From NCBI GenBank assembly GCA_964430735.1, contig CAYSFB010000003.1, positions 194,039 through 258,038 of the forward strand: a stretch of DNA of 64,000 nucleotides, in the 5' to 3' direction. The position numbers and the translations under genes are program-made. Position 1 is the stretch's first letter. Every line of letters starts with the position of its first letter. The notes under the pieces were generated by a model, which did no database searches, was not told the DNA's origin, and was given only the letters and a program-made list of their open reading frames with translations. Below, in pieces: positions 9,864 to 18,831 of this stretch. Origin of the DNA: an uncultured Planctomycetia bacterium. Lineage in GTDB: Bacteria > Omnitrophota > Gorgyraeia > 2-02-FULL-51-18 > JAGOUK01.

Positions 9864-10516
9864 CCGCGCGGTCCGGACGGCATATCCGGATCCTCCCCAC
9901 CTTCTTCGTCTTCGTCCGGATCCATTGAATCGTCTTCCAAGTCATCTTCCTCGTCCTCGGCATCCTCGCCCATTTCGTTCGCGTCGGGCCCCAGGATAAA
10001 ATCCGCGTCCTTTTTCTTGCCGGGCGAAGCTTCGAGCTGCTTGAAAAATTCTTCGGCGGTCATCGTCTTCAGCTCTTCCTTGAACTTGTCGACTTCTTCC
10101 TTGCTGATGGGTTTTTCGACCGTAGGGCACTTCTCCATCACCTTGGGATCGATGAAAATGGGCGATTTGGTGCGGACCGCGATGGCGAGAGAATCCGAAG
10201 GCCGCGCGTCAATCACGAAGGTCTTGCCCTTCAATGCGAGCGTGATCTCGGCGTAATAACTGTTGTCCTTGATGTCGGTGATCGTGACGCGTTCGACGGT
10301 GACGCCCAGGTCGGCGAACATGTTGACGATCAGGTCATGCGTGAGCGGCCGCGGAAACTTTTCGCCGTTCATTTCCAGGGCGATCGCATTGCCTTCGCTG
10401 ACGCCGATCCAGATGGGAACGAGACGGGTTTTTTCGACGTCCTCAAGAACGACGACGTATTGGGGCAGCGGGAACAGGGAGACGAGCGACGAGATAAAGG
10501 CTTGCTTCATGCTCAC
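9860..10516 (-). CDS. bifunctional nuclease family protein (BFN/DUF151) with polyacidic C-terminal tail
   Basis: A DUF151-like core (LVPIWIG...EAxAIA) is followed by a D/E-rich tail. Confidence 0.65.
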   Translation of the reverse strand: MSMKQAFISSLVSLFPLPQYVVVLEDVEKTRLVPIWIGVSEGNAIALEMNGEKFPRPLTHDLIVNMFADLGVTVERVTITDIKDNSYYAEITLALKGKTFVIDARPSDSLAIAVRTKSPIFIDPKVMEKCPTVEKPISKEEVDKFKEELKTMTAEEFFKQLEASPGKKKDADFILGPDANEMGEDAEDEEDDLEDDSMDPDEDEEGGEDPDMPSGPRG

Positions 10517-11628
10517 TCAATCTCGATCACCGAATCAATTCCGCCGAACGGGTTGGGCTCCGCGAGGTTGTTGGAAGGGTCGGCCATCCACTTGCCGTCG
10601 ACGACGAACTTGTAACGGTAACGGCCGGGCTCAAGGATGAGACGTTTCTGCCACGCGCCCTTCCCCTGGTCCCAAAGCTTCGATGATTCGTCCAAGCGCC
10701 AGTTATTAAAGTCGCCCACCAAATAAACCTGACGCGCACTGGAAGAGTTGATCACAAAGTCGCGGACCCGCGAGCGGGAATCGTAGCGCGCGGAACCGTC
10801 GCCGATCTCGGGACGTTTGAGCCCCGCCTCGCCGAGCTTGCCGGCGATTTCGCGCGCCAGCGCGTCATAGTCCTCTGCCGCGCGGGAGCGGGGGTCGTGC
10901 ATGCGCACGGGGATGCCGGCCTGCTGAGACTCGCGGCAGGCGACGTTTTGGCGAATCGACGTTTCGAAGAGATTGTCGCGGAACGCGTCGCGAACGCGGC
11001 CCATCATGTCTTTGGCGAACCGGCTGCGCAGATCGACCATCGTGACCAGCGCAAACACGCGGGGCGCGTACTGCATCTTCACGCGGATCAATTCGATCAT
11101 GCTGAGGAGCTTCGCGACGCCGAACAGCGCGAAGGATCCCAGTTCCACCGGAACGAGCGCGAGATCGGCTGCAAACAGTGCGTTGAAGGTCAAAAATCCC
11201 AAGCTTGGCGGACAGTCGAGAATGATGTATTCGTATGGGAACACCATGTTCTCGAGCACTTGCTTGAGCTTGCCGACGGCCTGGTCCTTTTCCACAAACT
11301 CCTGCTCGATGGTCGAGAGAAGGACGTGTCCGGGGGCGACGTCGAAGTTTTCGGAATACGGCTGGATGATGTTCTCGATGAACTGCTTCTGGTCGGAACG
11401 GTCCGAAAGGACGTTGTAAATCGAGGCGGTCAGGTAATCGGGCTTGAGCCCCAAACCGATCGACGCGTGAGTCTGCGGATCCAGATCGATGAGAAGCGTG
11501 CGGCGGCCCTGAGCAGCCAGAGATGCGGCCAAATTGATCGCGGTCGTCGTCTTGGCGCACCCACCCTTCTGATTCGTGACCGCGATGATCATGGGGTTTA
11601 TCCGGCGTTCGTCTCGGACGGAATCCAC
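10513..11628 (-). CDS. ParA/MinD-family ATPase fused to C-terminal CBM48 (AMPK-beta glycogen-binding) domain
   Basis: - The N-terminal region has a deviant Walker A (KGGCAKTT) and a ParA Walker B (ILDCPPSLG).
- The C-terminus (VYLVGDFNNW...YRYKFVVDGKWMADPSN...SVIEIE) matches the AMPK-beta GBD/CBM48 consensus.
- The start is ambiguous: GTG at 11628, or ATG at 11592 (MIIAVTNQKGG). Confidence 0.8.
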   Translation of the reverse strand: MDSVRDERRINPMIIAVTNQKGGCAKTTTAINLAASLAAQGRRTLLIDLDPQTHASIGLGLKPDYLTASIYNVLSDRSDQKQFIENIIQPYSENFDVAPGHVLLSTIEQEFVEKDQAVGKLKQVLENMVFPYEYIILDCPPSLGFLTFNALFAADLALVPVELGSFALFGVAKLLSMIELIRVKMQYAPRVFALVTMVDLRSRFAKDMMGRVRDAFRDNLFETSIRQNVACRESQQAGIPVRMHDPRSRAAEDYDALAREIAGKLGEAGLKRPEIGDGSARYDSRSRVRDFVINSSSARQVYLVGDFNNWRLDESSKLWDQGKGAWQKRLILEPGRYRYKFVVDGKWMADPSNNLAEPNPFGGIDSVIEIE

Positions 11629-12461
11629 TGGACGTTACGGATCAAGATCGTTGCATCGGCGGAGTTTCCGGTGCGCTGGCTTCCAAATTCGATGCGCAAC
11701 TGCTGGATCGCGTTCGGATTGAAGAAACGACTCGGCTCGAAGTCGATCACGGCCGGCTGCCAGTCGGTGGATACGCCCCCCTCAAACGGCACGATCGGCT
11801 TCCAGTTGAGGCTGGTGTTGCCGTTGGCGTCCTTGAAGACGATTTCGAACTTCTCCCCGCCCTTCATGCCGCGTGCCTCGAAGTACAGGCGCTTGCCCAG
11901 AGCCGGCAGCGGCGGATTAAAATTTGCGTGCGCGTATGCAAGACCGGAGACGGACGAGTTGGTCAGCACGAGTTGCTGCTTCTCTCGCGTGCTGCGCAGC
12001 AGGGCCGCGCCCGAAAAAATAAAATCGGACGGGGACATCGGAAGCGCTTCGGCGATGGCGGCCCGGGCCGCGGGACGCCCGGCGTCCGATGGGGCGGCGG
12101 CCGCAACCGCGCCGGAATCCGGCTGAGGGACAGCCGAGTCCATGATCCGGATATCCACCGCGATGCGCTTGGTCGAAAAAAGGGCAAATGCCGAAAGGGC
12201 CAGCGCGAGCAGCGTGATCACCCACGGCAGGAAATAGGAGCGCGACCGGTCCACGATGCGCACCACGGTCGGCGCGTGAAACGGTGCCTGAGGATCCTCC
12301 GCAATCTGCTGCTTAGGGTTCTGAAAATAGACGTCCGCCAGCTGCTCATGAATTTCGCGGCGGGCGGAACGGTCGGACTGCGAGGCCGGTGATGTCTGCG
12401 CCGCCTCGATGCCCGTTGGGGTGCCGAATCTTTTTTGAAGCGAATCGATGATTTTGCTCAC
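11598..12461 (-). CDS. single-pass membrane protein, hypothetical (cytoplasmic N-term, periplasmic C-terminal domain)
   Basis: A 287-aa protein with one TM helix (FLPWVITLLALALSAFALF). It is co-directional and adjacent to, or overlapping, the ParA-CBM48 gene. Confidence 0.45.
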   Translation of the reverse strand: MSKIIDSLQKRFGTPTGIEAAQTSPASQSDRSARREIHEQLADVYFQNPKQQIAEDPQAPFHAPTVVRIVDRSRSYFLPWVITLLALALSAFALFSTKRIAVDIRIMDSAVPQPDSGAVAAAAPSDAGRPAARAAIAEALPMSPSDFIFSGAALLRSTREKQQLVLTNSSVSGLAYAHANFNPPLPALGKRLYFEARGMKGGEKFEIVFKDANGNTSLNWKPIVPFEGGVSTDWQPAVIDFEPSRFFNPNAIQQLRIEFGSQRTGNSADATILIRNVQWIPSETNAG

Positions 12462-12491
12462 GTAAAAATACCTTCTTGAGAGCGGTGAAAA

Positions 12492-12731
12492 TTATTCGGT
12501 CAGGAGGTTGTGCCTGCGCAGCACGTCCTCGGCAGCCAAAATTGCTTTTTTTAAATCGCCAAAATGCGTCACGTTGATCGAAACCCCCTTGCCGGTGGGA
12601 ACCTTCTCTTCCCCATCCTTGGCCGCCGCGAAGACCCGGATATCAACGAGGTCGTAGCCCTTGAACTCTTTGATCTGGACCCGGACTTCCTCAAATTTGT
12701 TCTTGGGGAATTTGGCCACGCATTCGTCCAT
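12492..12731 (-). CDS. PC4/p15-family ssDNA-binding transcriptional coactivator-like protein
   Basis: The pattern KFEEVRVQIKEFKGYDLVDIRVF...PTGKGVSI fits bacterial PC4 homologs. The start was trimmed to the ATG at 12731. Confidence 0.6.
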   Translation of the reverse strand: MDECVAKFPKNKFEEVRVQIKEFKGYDLVDIRVFAAAKDGEEKVPTGKGVSINVTHFGDLKKAILAAEDVLRRHNLLTE

Positions 12732-12773
12732 ACGACGGGTACCTGCTTTTACTGCGGTTTGGGAGAAAAACAA

Positions 12774-12891
12774 CCTGAGACAGGCTATTAATTGGACTCA
12801 GTATAGCACGGGAAGCGGTTTTGCCGTAAATGCAAAAATATATAAATAAAGAGTAACAGGGATAAAGGGAGGAAAGCCTTAAAACAGGCGG
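12774..12891 (-). promoter_or_regulatory. putative sigma70-like promoter for the PC4-like gene (minus strand TTACGG-18nt-TATACT)
   Basis: On the minus strand, the -10 TATACT lies at 12800-12805 and the -35-like TTACGG at 12824-12829. The gap is AT-rich. Confidence 0.4.
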
Positions 12892-14079
12892 TCAGCGGCG
12901 GTCGGGAGCGGTTTCGACTTCGATGGCGGGCGCCTCGTCCGCGGACGCGACCCCGTCCCCCGCCAGCCCCTTTTGGCGGCGGATTTCGTCGATCTCGTCC
13001 AGCGGCCGCTCCAGCTGTTTACGCCGGGTGGTGCTCAGATCCTGATACTCTTTTTGAGCGGCATCGATTTTTTTTCCGACATTTTCGAGCTTTTCCAAAA
13101 ACAACCCCCACTGCTTTTTAAACTTCGATAAGAGGGTCAGGATTTCGTTGGAGGTCTGCTCGAGACTGAAGTTGTCGACGGCTTGGCGGATGACGGCCAG
13201 GACGGCAAACAGCGTCACCGGCGAACAAAAAACCACGCGTTTGCGCAAACCCTCGTCCAGAAGACGCGGGTCCTGCTCATGGATAAACGCGTAGATCTGC
13301 TCATTGGGCACGAACAACAGCACGTAATCGAGCGTTTTCTGCTCGGGGTTGATGTAGTCGCGCGTCGTCACTTCCTTGATCTTGGCTTTGACGTCGCGTA
13401 AAAAGTCCGACTTGAAGCGTTCCTTTTCGCTGTCCACGCCCGCCTCGAGGAATCGCACGTAATTGTCGTACGGAAATTTGACGTCCATGTTGAGGCGCAG
13501 GCTCTTGGGGAGCAAAAAAGTGATGTCGGGCGTCGAACCGATTCCGGCGATGCTTTTCTGCTTCTGGTAATTCACGTTCTCGACAAAGCCGGCCATCCGG
13601 AGCACGTCCTCCGCCATCCGCTCGCCCCACTGCCCCCTCGCCTTGGAGCTGGCCAGCGCCTCCTTGAGGAGGTGCGTCGTCTGCAGGAGCTGCCGGGTCT
13701 GCTCGCCGGCGCTCTGGAGCTGGCTGGTCAGCTGCCCGAATTTGTCTTCGCGGTCCTTTTCGAGCGTCTGGACGAGGCGCGAAACTTTTTCGAGCTCCGC
13801 GTTCATCTGGGCCAACCGCTGGTCGATCAGTTCTTTTTTTCCCTCCAGCTCGCGGGACGCGTTCGCGCGCTCGCCCTTCGACTGGGACTCGGCGAGCTTG
13901 AGCAGCTCGCCGGTCGATTGGGACAGCGCCTTGAGGGACAAATCTCCGATGGCCGGGGTTAGATTGCGCAGCAGGTCGTCGCTGATGGCTTGAACGGACT
14001 TCTGGCGGGAGGACAGGACAAAATAGATCAGGGCGGCGCCGACGGCCATCCCCAGCAGGAAAAACCCCGCTTCGATCAC
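12892..14079 (-). CDS. rmuC: DNA recombination protein RmuC
   Basis: An N-terminal TM segment is followed by a long coiled coil and a conserved RmuC C-terminal domain. Confidence 0.85.
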   Translation of the reverse strand: MIEAGFFLLGMAVGAALIYFVLSSRQKSVQAISDDLLRNLTPAIGDLSLKALSQSTGELLKLAESQSKGERANASRELEGKKELIDQRLAQMNAELEKVSRLVQTLEKDREDKFGQLTSQLQSAGEQTRQLLQTTHLLKEALASSKARGQWGERMAEDVLRMAGFVENVNYQKQKSIAGIGSTPDITFLLPKSLRLNMDVKFPYDNYVRFLEAGVDSEKERFKSDFLRDVKAKIKEVTTRDYINPEQKTLDYVLLFVPNEQIYAFIHEQDPRLLDEGLRKRVVFCSPVTLFAVLAVIRQAVDNFSLEQTSNEILTLLSKFKKQWGLFLEKLENVGKKIDAAQKEYQDLSTTRRKQLERPLDEIDEIRRQKGLAGDGVASADEAPAIEVETAPDRR

Positions 14080-14489
14080 CGCAGGCCGGCCTTCCGTTCG
14101 GTGAATTTCATCTGAAGCTCGTAGACGAGCGTGTTGAGCGAGTCTTCTTCGTCCTTGGACAGGTTGCCCTTGGTTTTTTCCTGAAGCGAGGTGAGAAGAT
14201 CGATAAAGGCCTTGGCCTGCGGAAGATTGACCTCCGCCATGCCGGTCGCGGGACTCTCCATTTCGCCGAGGGCCAGATACGCCTGCATCGCGAGCATTTG
14301 GAGAAGACTCATGAACTGTTTGCTCGTGGCGGGAGCGGGTGCCGCGTCGCCGGACCCGGAGGACTTGCCGCCGGCCGGCGTTTTGGGTTCACGCGCGAGC
14401 GCGGCCGTTTCGAGCCGCTGACGCTCCTCTTCGATCTGCTGCTTCCAGGCTTCGTCGACTTTTTTCTCAGGAAAACGGAAGTCGCTCAT
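14076..14489 (-). CDS. DUF1844 domain protein
   Basis: The FMSLLQMLAMQAYLALG motif is typical of DUF1844. It has 4-nt overlaps with both neighbours. Confidence 0.55.
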   Translation of the reverse strand: MSDFRFPEKKVDEAWKQQIEEERQRLETAALAREPKTPAGGKSSGSGDAAPAPATSKQFMSLLQMLAMQAYLALGEMESPATGMAEVNLPQAKAFIDLLTSLQEKTKGNLSKDEEDSLNTLVYELQMKFTERKAGLR

Positions 14490-17143
14490 TTTGATTGCTC
14501 CTTGGCGGAGGGCGCCACGACCAGCCCCACGCTGCGGTCGGGGTTCACGAAGTCGCGGATCACGGCCTCCACATCTTCTTTGCGGACCGCGCGGATACCG
14601 TCCGCAAAACGGTCCATCTCCTCGAATCCCAGTCCCAAAATTTCGTCAGTCACCGCTTCCTGAAGCACGGCGGAGCGCGATTCCATCGCCTGCTCATGGT
14701 TGCCGATCAATTGCTCACGCGATTGGCGGATTTCGTCTTCGGTGACGCCGCCGGATCGGAGGCGGGCGGCTTCCTCAATGAGCAGCTCCAGGGCTCGAGG
14801 GCCCTCGTCCGGCTTCACGCCCGCATAAAAAACGAAATGTCCCGGATCGACTCCCAGCTGCACCGCCGAATTGATGACGTACGACATCCCATGAACGCCG
14901 CGGATGTTCTGATACAGGCGTCCCGCGCTTCCGCTCATCACGGCGTTGAGGACCTGAAACGCATACCGGCGAGGGTCGTCCAAACGGACCGACGGAAACG
15001 CCAGCATCGCGACGGACTGCTCCCGCTTCAAGACTTCCGAAAGACGCTCCGCCTTGTCAAACGTCACCGGCGTGGCATACGCCGGCGGCGCGACCGCCGA
15101 CTCGCGGGGAACGCGGCCGAGCTTCTGCTCGAGAATTCGGCGGACTTCCTCCGCGCGCACGTCACCGGCGACGCCGAGCACCATCCGGGAAGCGGCCAGG
15201 CGGTTTTTATAAAACTCGAGCGTGCGGTCCCGCGTCAGTCCGGCCAGCGATGCTTCCGTGCCGTTCGGACTCTGATGATAGGGGTGTTCGCGATAGATCG
15301 CCTCGGAAAGAGCCCGTCCGGCCGCGTTATAGATGTCTTCTTTTTCGCCGAGAACGACCTGGAGCTGATCTTCGCGCGCCTTGTCCCACTCGCCGGCGGC
15401 AAAAGCGCTCTCCGTGACCATCTCCGCCGTCAAATTCAAAAAGTCCTGCCGGTGCGCGCTCAGGGCCGAAAGGGCGATTCCGAAGCTGTGGTGTCCGGCA
15501 AAGGAGCCCGCGTCCCCTCCCCAATCCGCCAGCTGATCGGCGATCGCCTGCTGGTCCCGGCGGCGGGTCCCCCGCAGCAGAAGCTCCGCCGCCAGGGACG
15601 AAACGCCGCTGTCGGCGGCCGTCTCTTCGATGACGCCTCCACGAAACGAGACTTGGGCATAAACCATCGGAACCGAGGGGTCCTCCAGAACCAGCACCCG
15701 AAGGCCGTTCGAAAGCGTCAGCCGCTGGATCGGCGTGCGGTCAACGGTTGCGGCGGCCGCGGCCGAGGACGGCGCGGCGGCGGCCTCTTCGGGCAGCAGA
15801 CGGACTTCGTTCAAACGGTCCATGTTGAAGTAGCGTTGCGCGGCGCGCTGCACGTCGGCGGCCGTCACCCGCTCGACCAGCCGGATGTACTGCTCGGAGT
15901 AGCGGCTGTCCCCGGTATAAATCTCGCTCGTGACCAGATCATGCGCCAGCGCGTTGTGGGACTCCCATCCGTGGTAATGGCGCGCCAGCGTCTGCTGTTT
16001 GGCGCGGCGCACTTCCGGGTCGGTGGGGGGCGATTTTTTCATCGCCTCGAGAATGGCGAGGATCGAATTCCGCGCCGCGTCGACGTCCTTGGGCAGGCAC
16101 AGGGCGTCGATGTCGAAGATGCCGGCGTCCCGCAAATTCGTACTGGAAGCGCTGACTTCGAGAACCAGACGCTCTTTTTCCTTCACCTGCTGGAAGAGGC
16201 GCGAGCTTGCGCCGTCGCCGAGGATCTGCGCCAAAACGTCGAGCGCCGGGGCATCCGGGTGGGTCAACGGAACGCCGGCGAAGCCCAGCTCCAAACGCGC
16301 ATGCTGGGCGGGTCGGCGAACCGTCGATCTGCGCGGCGAAGCCTGAGCCGGTTCGGCCTCCCGGACCGCGAGCGGATCGACGGAGCGCGGCTCGCGGCCG
16401 AAGCGGTCGCGGACCCATTGCTCGGCCTGGACGGGATCCACATCCCCCACGACACACACGACCATCTGGTTCGGCGTGTAGCGGGTCTTGAAGTAACGGC
16501 TCAAATCCTCACGGGTGGACGACTTGAAAATCTCGGGGTAGCCGATGATCGGATGGCGGTAGGGGTGGCGTAAAAAAGCGAGCTCCCAGAGCGACTGCAG
16601 CGCCTTGCGGGAAAGGCGGTCTTCGTTCATCCGCTGCTCGGCGAGGATGACCTGGCGCTCTTTTTCGAGTTCGGTCGGGTCGAAGAGCGGGTGAAACGAC
16701 GCGTCGTACATCAGGTCGATCGCGGCTTCCGCATGACGCGCGAGCGCCGTCAGATAAAAAACCGTGTTGTCGTGGGACGTGTAGGCGTTGATGTAGCCGC
16801 CCATTTCGCGAACCTGGCGCTCGATCGTACCCTTGTCGCGGGTCGGCGTTCCTTTAAAGAACATGTGCTCGACGAAGTGGGAAAGACCCATTCCCATCCA
16901 TTCGGTCTCATCGGCGGATCCCGAACGGACCGCCACGTAAACGGCGACCGTCGAGGCTTTATGGGAGGGTAATACGAGAACGACGCAGCCGTTGTCGAGA
17001 ACAGTGCGGCGGAGCTGCGTGTAAGGACCTTCTCCGGCGGACAGGGCCGCGGCGGAGCTGGCTGGCTTGGAGGCGAACAACGGCGTCAGAGTCATGAAGA
17101 AAACAAAACCGCAAAGCGCCCATGCGCTTTTGGAACGCGGCAT
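14486..17143 (-). CDS. M16-family zinc peptidase (pitrilysin-like, two tandem M16 units) with signal peptide
   Basis: It carries the inverted zinc motif HFVEHMFFKGT (HxxEH). Two M16 halves span 885 aa. Confidence 0.85.
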   Translation of the reverse strand: MPRSKSAWALCGFVFFMTLTPLFASKPASSAAALSAGEGPYTQLRRTVLDNGCVVLVLPSHKASTVAVYVAVRSGSADETEWMGMGLSHFVEHMFFKGTPTRDKGTIERQVREMGGYINAYTSHDNTVFYLTALARHAEAAIDLMYDASFHPLFDPTELEKERQVILAEQRMNEDRLSRKALQSLWELAFLRHPYRHPIIGYPEIFKSSTREDLSRYFKTRYTPNQMVVCVVGDVDPVQAEQWVRDRFGREPRSVDPLAVREAEPAQASPRRSTVRRPAQHARLELGFAGVPLTHPDAPALDVLAQILGDGASSRLFQQVKEKERLVLEVSASSTNLRDAGIFDIDALCLPKDVDAARNSILAILEAMKKSPPTDPEVRRAKQQTLARHYHGWESHNALAHDLVTSEIYTGDSRYSEQYIRLVERVTAADVQRAAQRYFNMDRLNEVRLLPEEAAAAPSSAAAAATVDRTPIQRLTLSNGLRVLVLEDPSVPMVYAQVSFRGGVIEETAADSGVSSLAAELLLRGTRRRDQQAIADQLADWGGDAGSFAGHHSFGIALSALSAHRQDFLNLTAEMVTESAFAAGEWDKAREDQLQVVLGEKEDIYNAAGRALSEAIYREHPYHQSPNGTEASLAGLTRDRTLEFYKNRLAASRMVLGVAGDVRAEEVRRILEQKLGRVPRESAVAPPAYATPVTFDKAERLSEVLKREQSVAMLAFPSVRLDDPRRYAFQVLNAVMSGSAGRLYQNIRGVHGMSYVINSAVQLGVDPGHFVFYAGVKPDEGPRALELLIEEAARLRSGGVTEDEIRQSREQLIGNHEQAMESRSAVLQEAVTDEILGLGFEEMDRFADGIRAVRKEDVEAVIRDFVNPDRSVGLVVAPSAKEQSK

Positions 17144-17153
17144 GACCCGGCGA

Positions 17154-17336
17154 TTACGTGCGCTTCGAGGTCGTACGGCGGGCCGTGCGGTTTTTGCGGC
17201 GCTTGATCTCGCTCGGTTTTTCGTAATGCTTCTTCGCGCTCAGGGTTTTGAGAATCCCTTCGCGTTCAATTTTTTTCTTAAAACGACGCAGCGCGCGCTC
17301 GAGAGGTTCGTTCGGACCAACATCAACTTGTGACAT
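17154..17336 (-). CDS. rpsU: 30S ribosomal protein S21
   Basis: A 60-aa basic protein with the bS21 pattern (LRRFKKKIEREGIL...KKHYEKPSEIKRR). Confidence 0.9.
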   Translation of the reverse strand: MSQVDVGPNEPLERALRRFKKKIEREGILKTLSAKKHYEKPSEIKRRKNRTARRTTSKRT

Positions 17337-17393
17337 GAAATCGGGCTCCTTTCGTGAAGAGTTCGGGCATTATAGGGCAGCGTTACCGGGCTG

Positions 17394-18404
17394 TCAACGC
17401 GCTTGGACGCTCCAGATCAGCGTCGGGCGACCGGCCAAAACCGGACGGCGGACGCGCAGTCCGTTTGCCAACCGCGCCTCCCCCGGCCCGCCGCCGGCGA
17501 GGAGCGCATCCAGCTGCCGGATGTGCTCTCGCCGCAAATGCTGCTCGCGGCGCGTCAGCGCTTCCGCGATCCGAAAATAGACCGGGACGCGGATCGGCGG
17601 CGGAAGCGCCGCGAGTTTGCCGGCCTCCACCTGAGCCTTCCCGCGCGAGAATCGGACCGAGCGCTTTAAAAAACGTTCCGCCTGCACACCGGCCCACGCC
17701 CGCCATTCGCCGGCGTCCGCCGCCAGGTCCGCGAGGTGTTCGGCGGTGCGCGGGTTGAGCTCCCGGATCAACGCGGGCAGCACCGTGCCGCGCACCCGAT
17801 TGCGCACAAACTTCCGGCTCGCGTTCGAACGGTCAGTCCGGTACCCGGAACCGGCGCGCTTCAGCGCCGCCAGAATATCCCGCTTCGAAATTCCCAAAAG
17901 CGGACGGATGATCCGCACGCCGTCCTGCATCCGTTCCGAGGGAATCGACGCCAGCCCCCAAAGTCCGCTGCCGGACGCCAGCCGCATCAGAACCGTTTCG
18001 GCCTGATCGTCCGCCGTGTGCCCGGTCGCGAGGCAGTCGAATTTTTTGCGCCGGGCGAGGCGGATGAGTGCTTCGTAGCGCGCGCGGCGGGCGGCCTCCT
18101 CGACCGACTCCCCCTCAGCCGCCGCGCGGCGCTTCACGTCGACCCGCAGCGGAAAAAAATCGATCCCCTCCCGTTCGCAGAACTTCCGGACCCAACGCTC
18201 GTCGGCGGCAGCGGAAGGGCGCAGTCCGTGGTTCACGTGCGCGGCGGCGATCCGCAAGGACCGGCCGCGCCGAATCGCGCGAAGCAACAGCGCCAGGGAG
18301 ACGGAGTCCGGGCCTCCGGACAAGGCGATCAGAACAGATGAGCGGGAAGAAAAAAGCCGACCAGAACGGTCGGCTTCGTGAAAAAGATTGAGGAGGCGCT
18401 TCAA
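17394..18404 (-). CDS. tilS: tRNA(Ile)-lysidine synthetase
   Basis: It has the PP-loop SGGPDS and the TilS pattern. The ORF-track start at 18578 overlaps the upstream gene by 170 nt with low-complexity sequence. The likely start is the in-frame TTG at 18404 (LKRLLNLF...), 4 nt after the upstream stop. Confidence 0.7.
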   Translation of the reverse strand: MKRLLNLFHEADRSGRLFSSRSSVLIALSGGPDSVSLALLLRAIRRGRSLRIAAAHVNHGLRPSAAADERWVRKFCEREGIDFFPLRVDVKRRAAAEGESVEEAARRARYEALIRLARRKKFDCLATGHTADDQAETVLMRLASGSGLWGLASIPSERMQDGVRIIRPLLGISKRDILAALKRAGSGYRTDRSNASRKFVRNRVRGTVLPALIRELNPRTAEHLADLAADAGEWRAWAGVQAERFLKRSVRFSRGKAQVEAGKLAALPPPIRVPVYFRIAEALTRREQHLRREHIRQLDALLAGGGPGEARLANGLRVRRPVLAGRPTLIWSVQAR

Positions 18405-18408
18405 CGCA

Positions 18409-18810
18409 TCAATAGACGAAAACGTACGTGGCTTTTCGATTGGTCTTGTCGTACTCGACGTCGATTTCGACGCCGGTCTTAAGGGCTGAGGAGTCGAGGT
18501 CCTTTTCGCCGTTCGTGATCTCGGTCTCGCTGTCGACGGTGAGATCGATTGTGTTTTCGGCAGGATTGCCGGCGTCATCCAGATAGACCTTCACCTGCAG
18601 TTTACCGGTCGCGGCGTCGAAGGAAGTCGTCTCGCCCGACGCGAATTCCAGATTGTCGAGGTTATCCAGATTGTCTTCGGCCGGGGCGGCGGAAGCAGCA
18701 GCCGGGGCTGCCGGTGCGACAGGGGCATCTTCCGCGTGAGCGGCGCCGGTCCAAACGGTCAGAGTCATCCAGAGCACCGCACCCATCACCCAGCGATATT
18801 GATTCTTCAT
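18409..18810 (-). CDS. secreted hypothetical protein (signal peptide, PA-rich linker)
   Basis: It has a signal peptide (MKNQYRWVMGAVLWMTLTVWTGAAHA). Confidence 0.45.
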   Translation of the reverse strand: MKNQYRWVMGAVLWMTLTVWTGAAHAEDAPVAPAAPAAASAAPAEDNLDNLDNLEFASGETTSFDAATGKLQVKVYLDDAGNPAENTIDLTVDSETEITNGEKDLDSSALKTGVEIDVEYDKTNRKATYVFVY

Positions 18811-18831
18811 CGACCTACCCCCTGTTTGAAT

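Noticed and set aside
10513-11628. Chromosome-partitioning ParA (Soj) annotation
   Set aside because: There is no adjacent parB or centromere, and a sugar-binding domain is fused at the C-terminus. It is more likely an orphan cargo-positioning ATPase.
14495-16573. 692-aa plus-strand ORF
   Set aside because: It is antisense to the M16 peptidase gene, with no domain signals.
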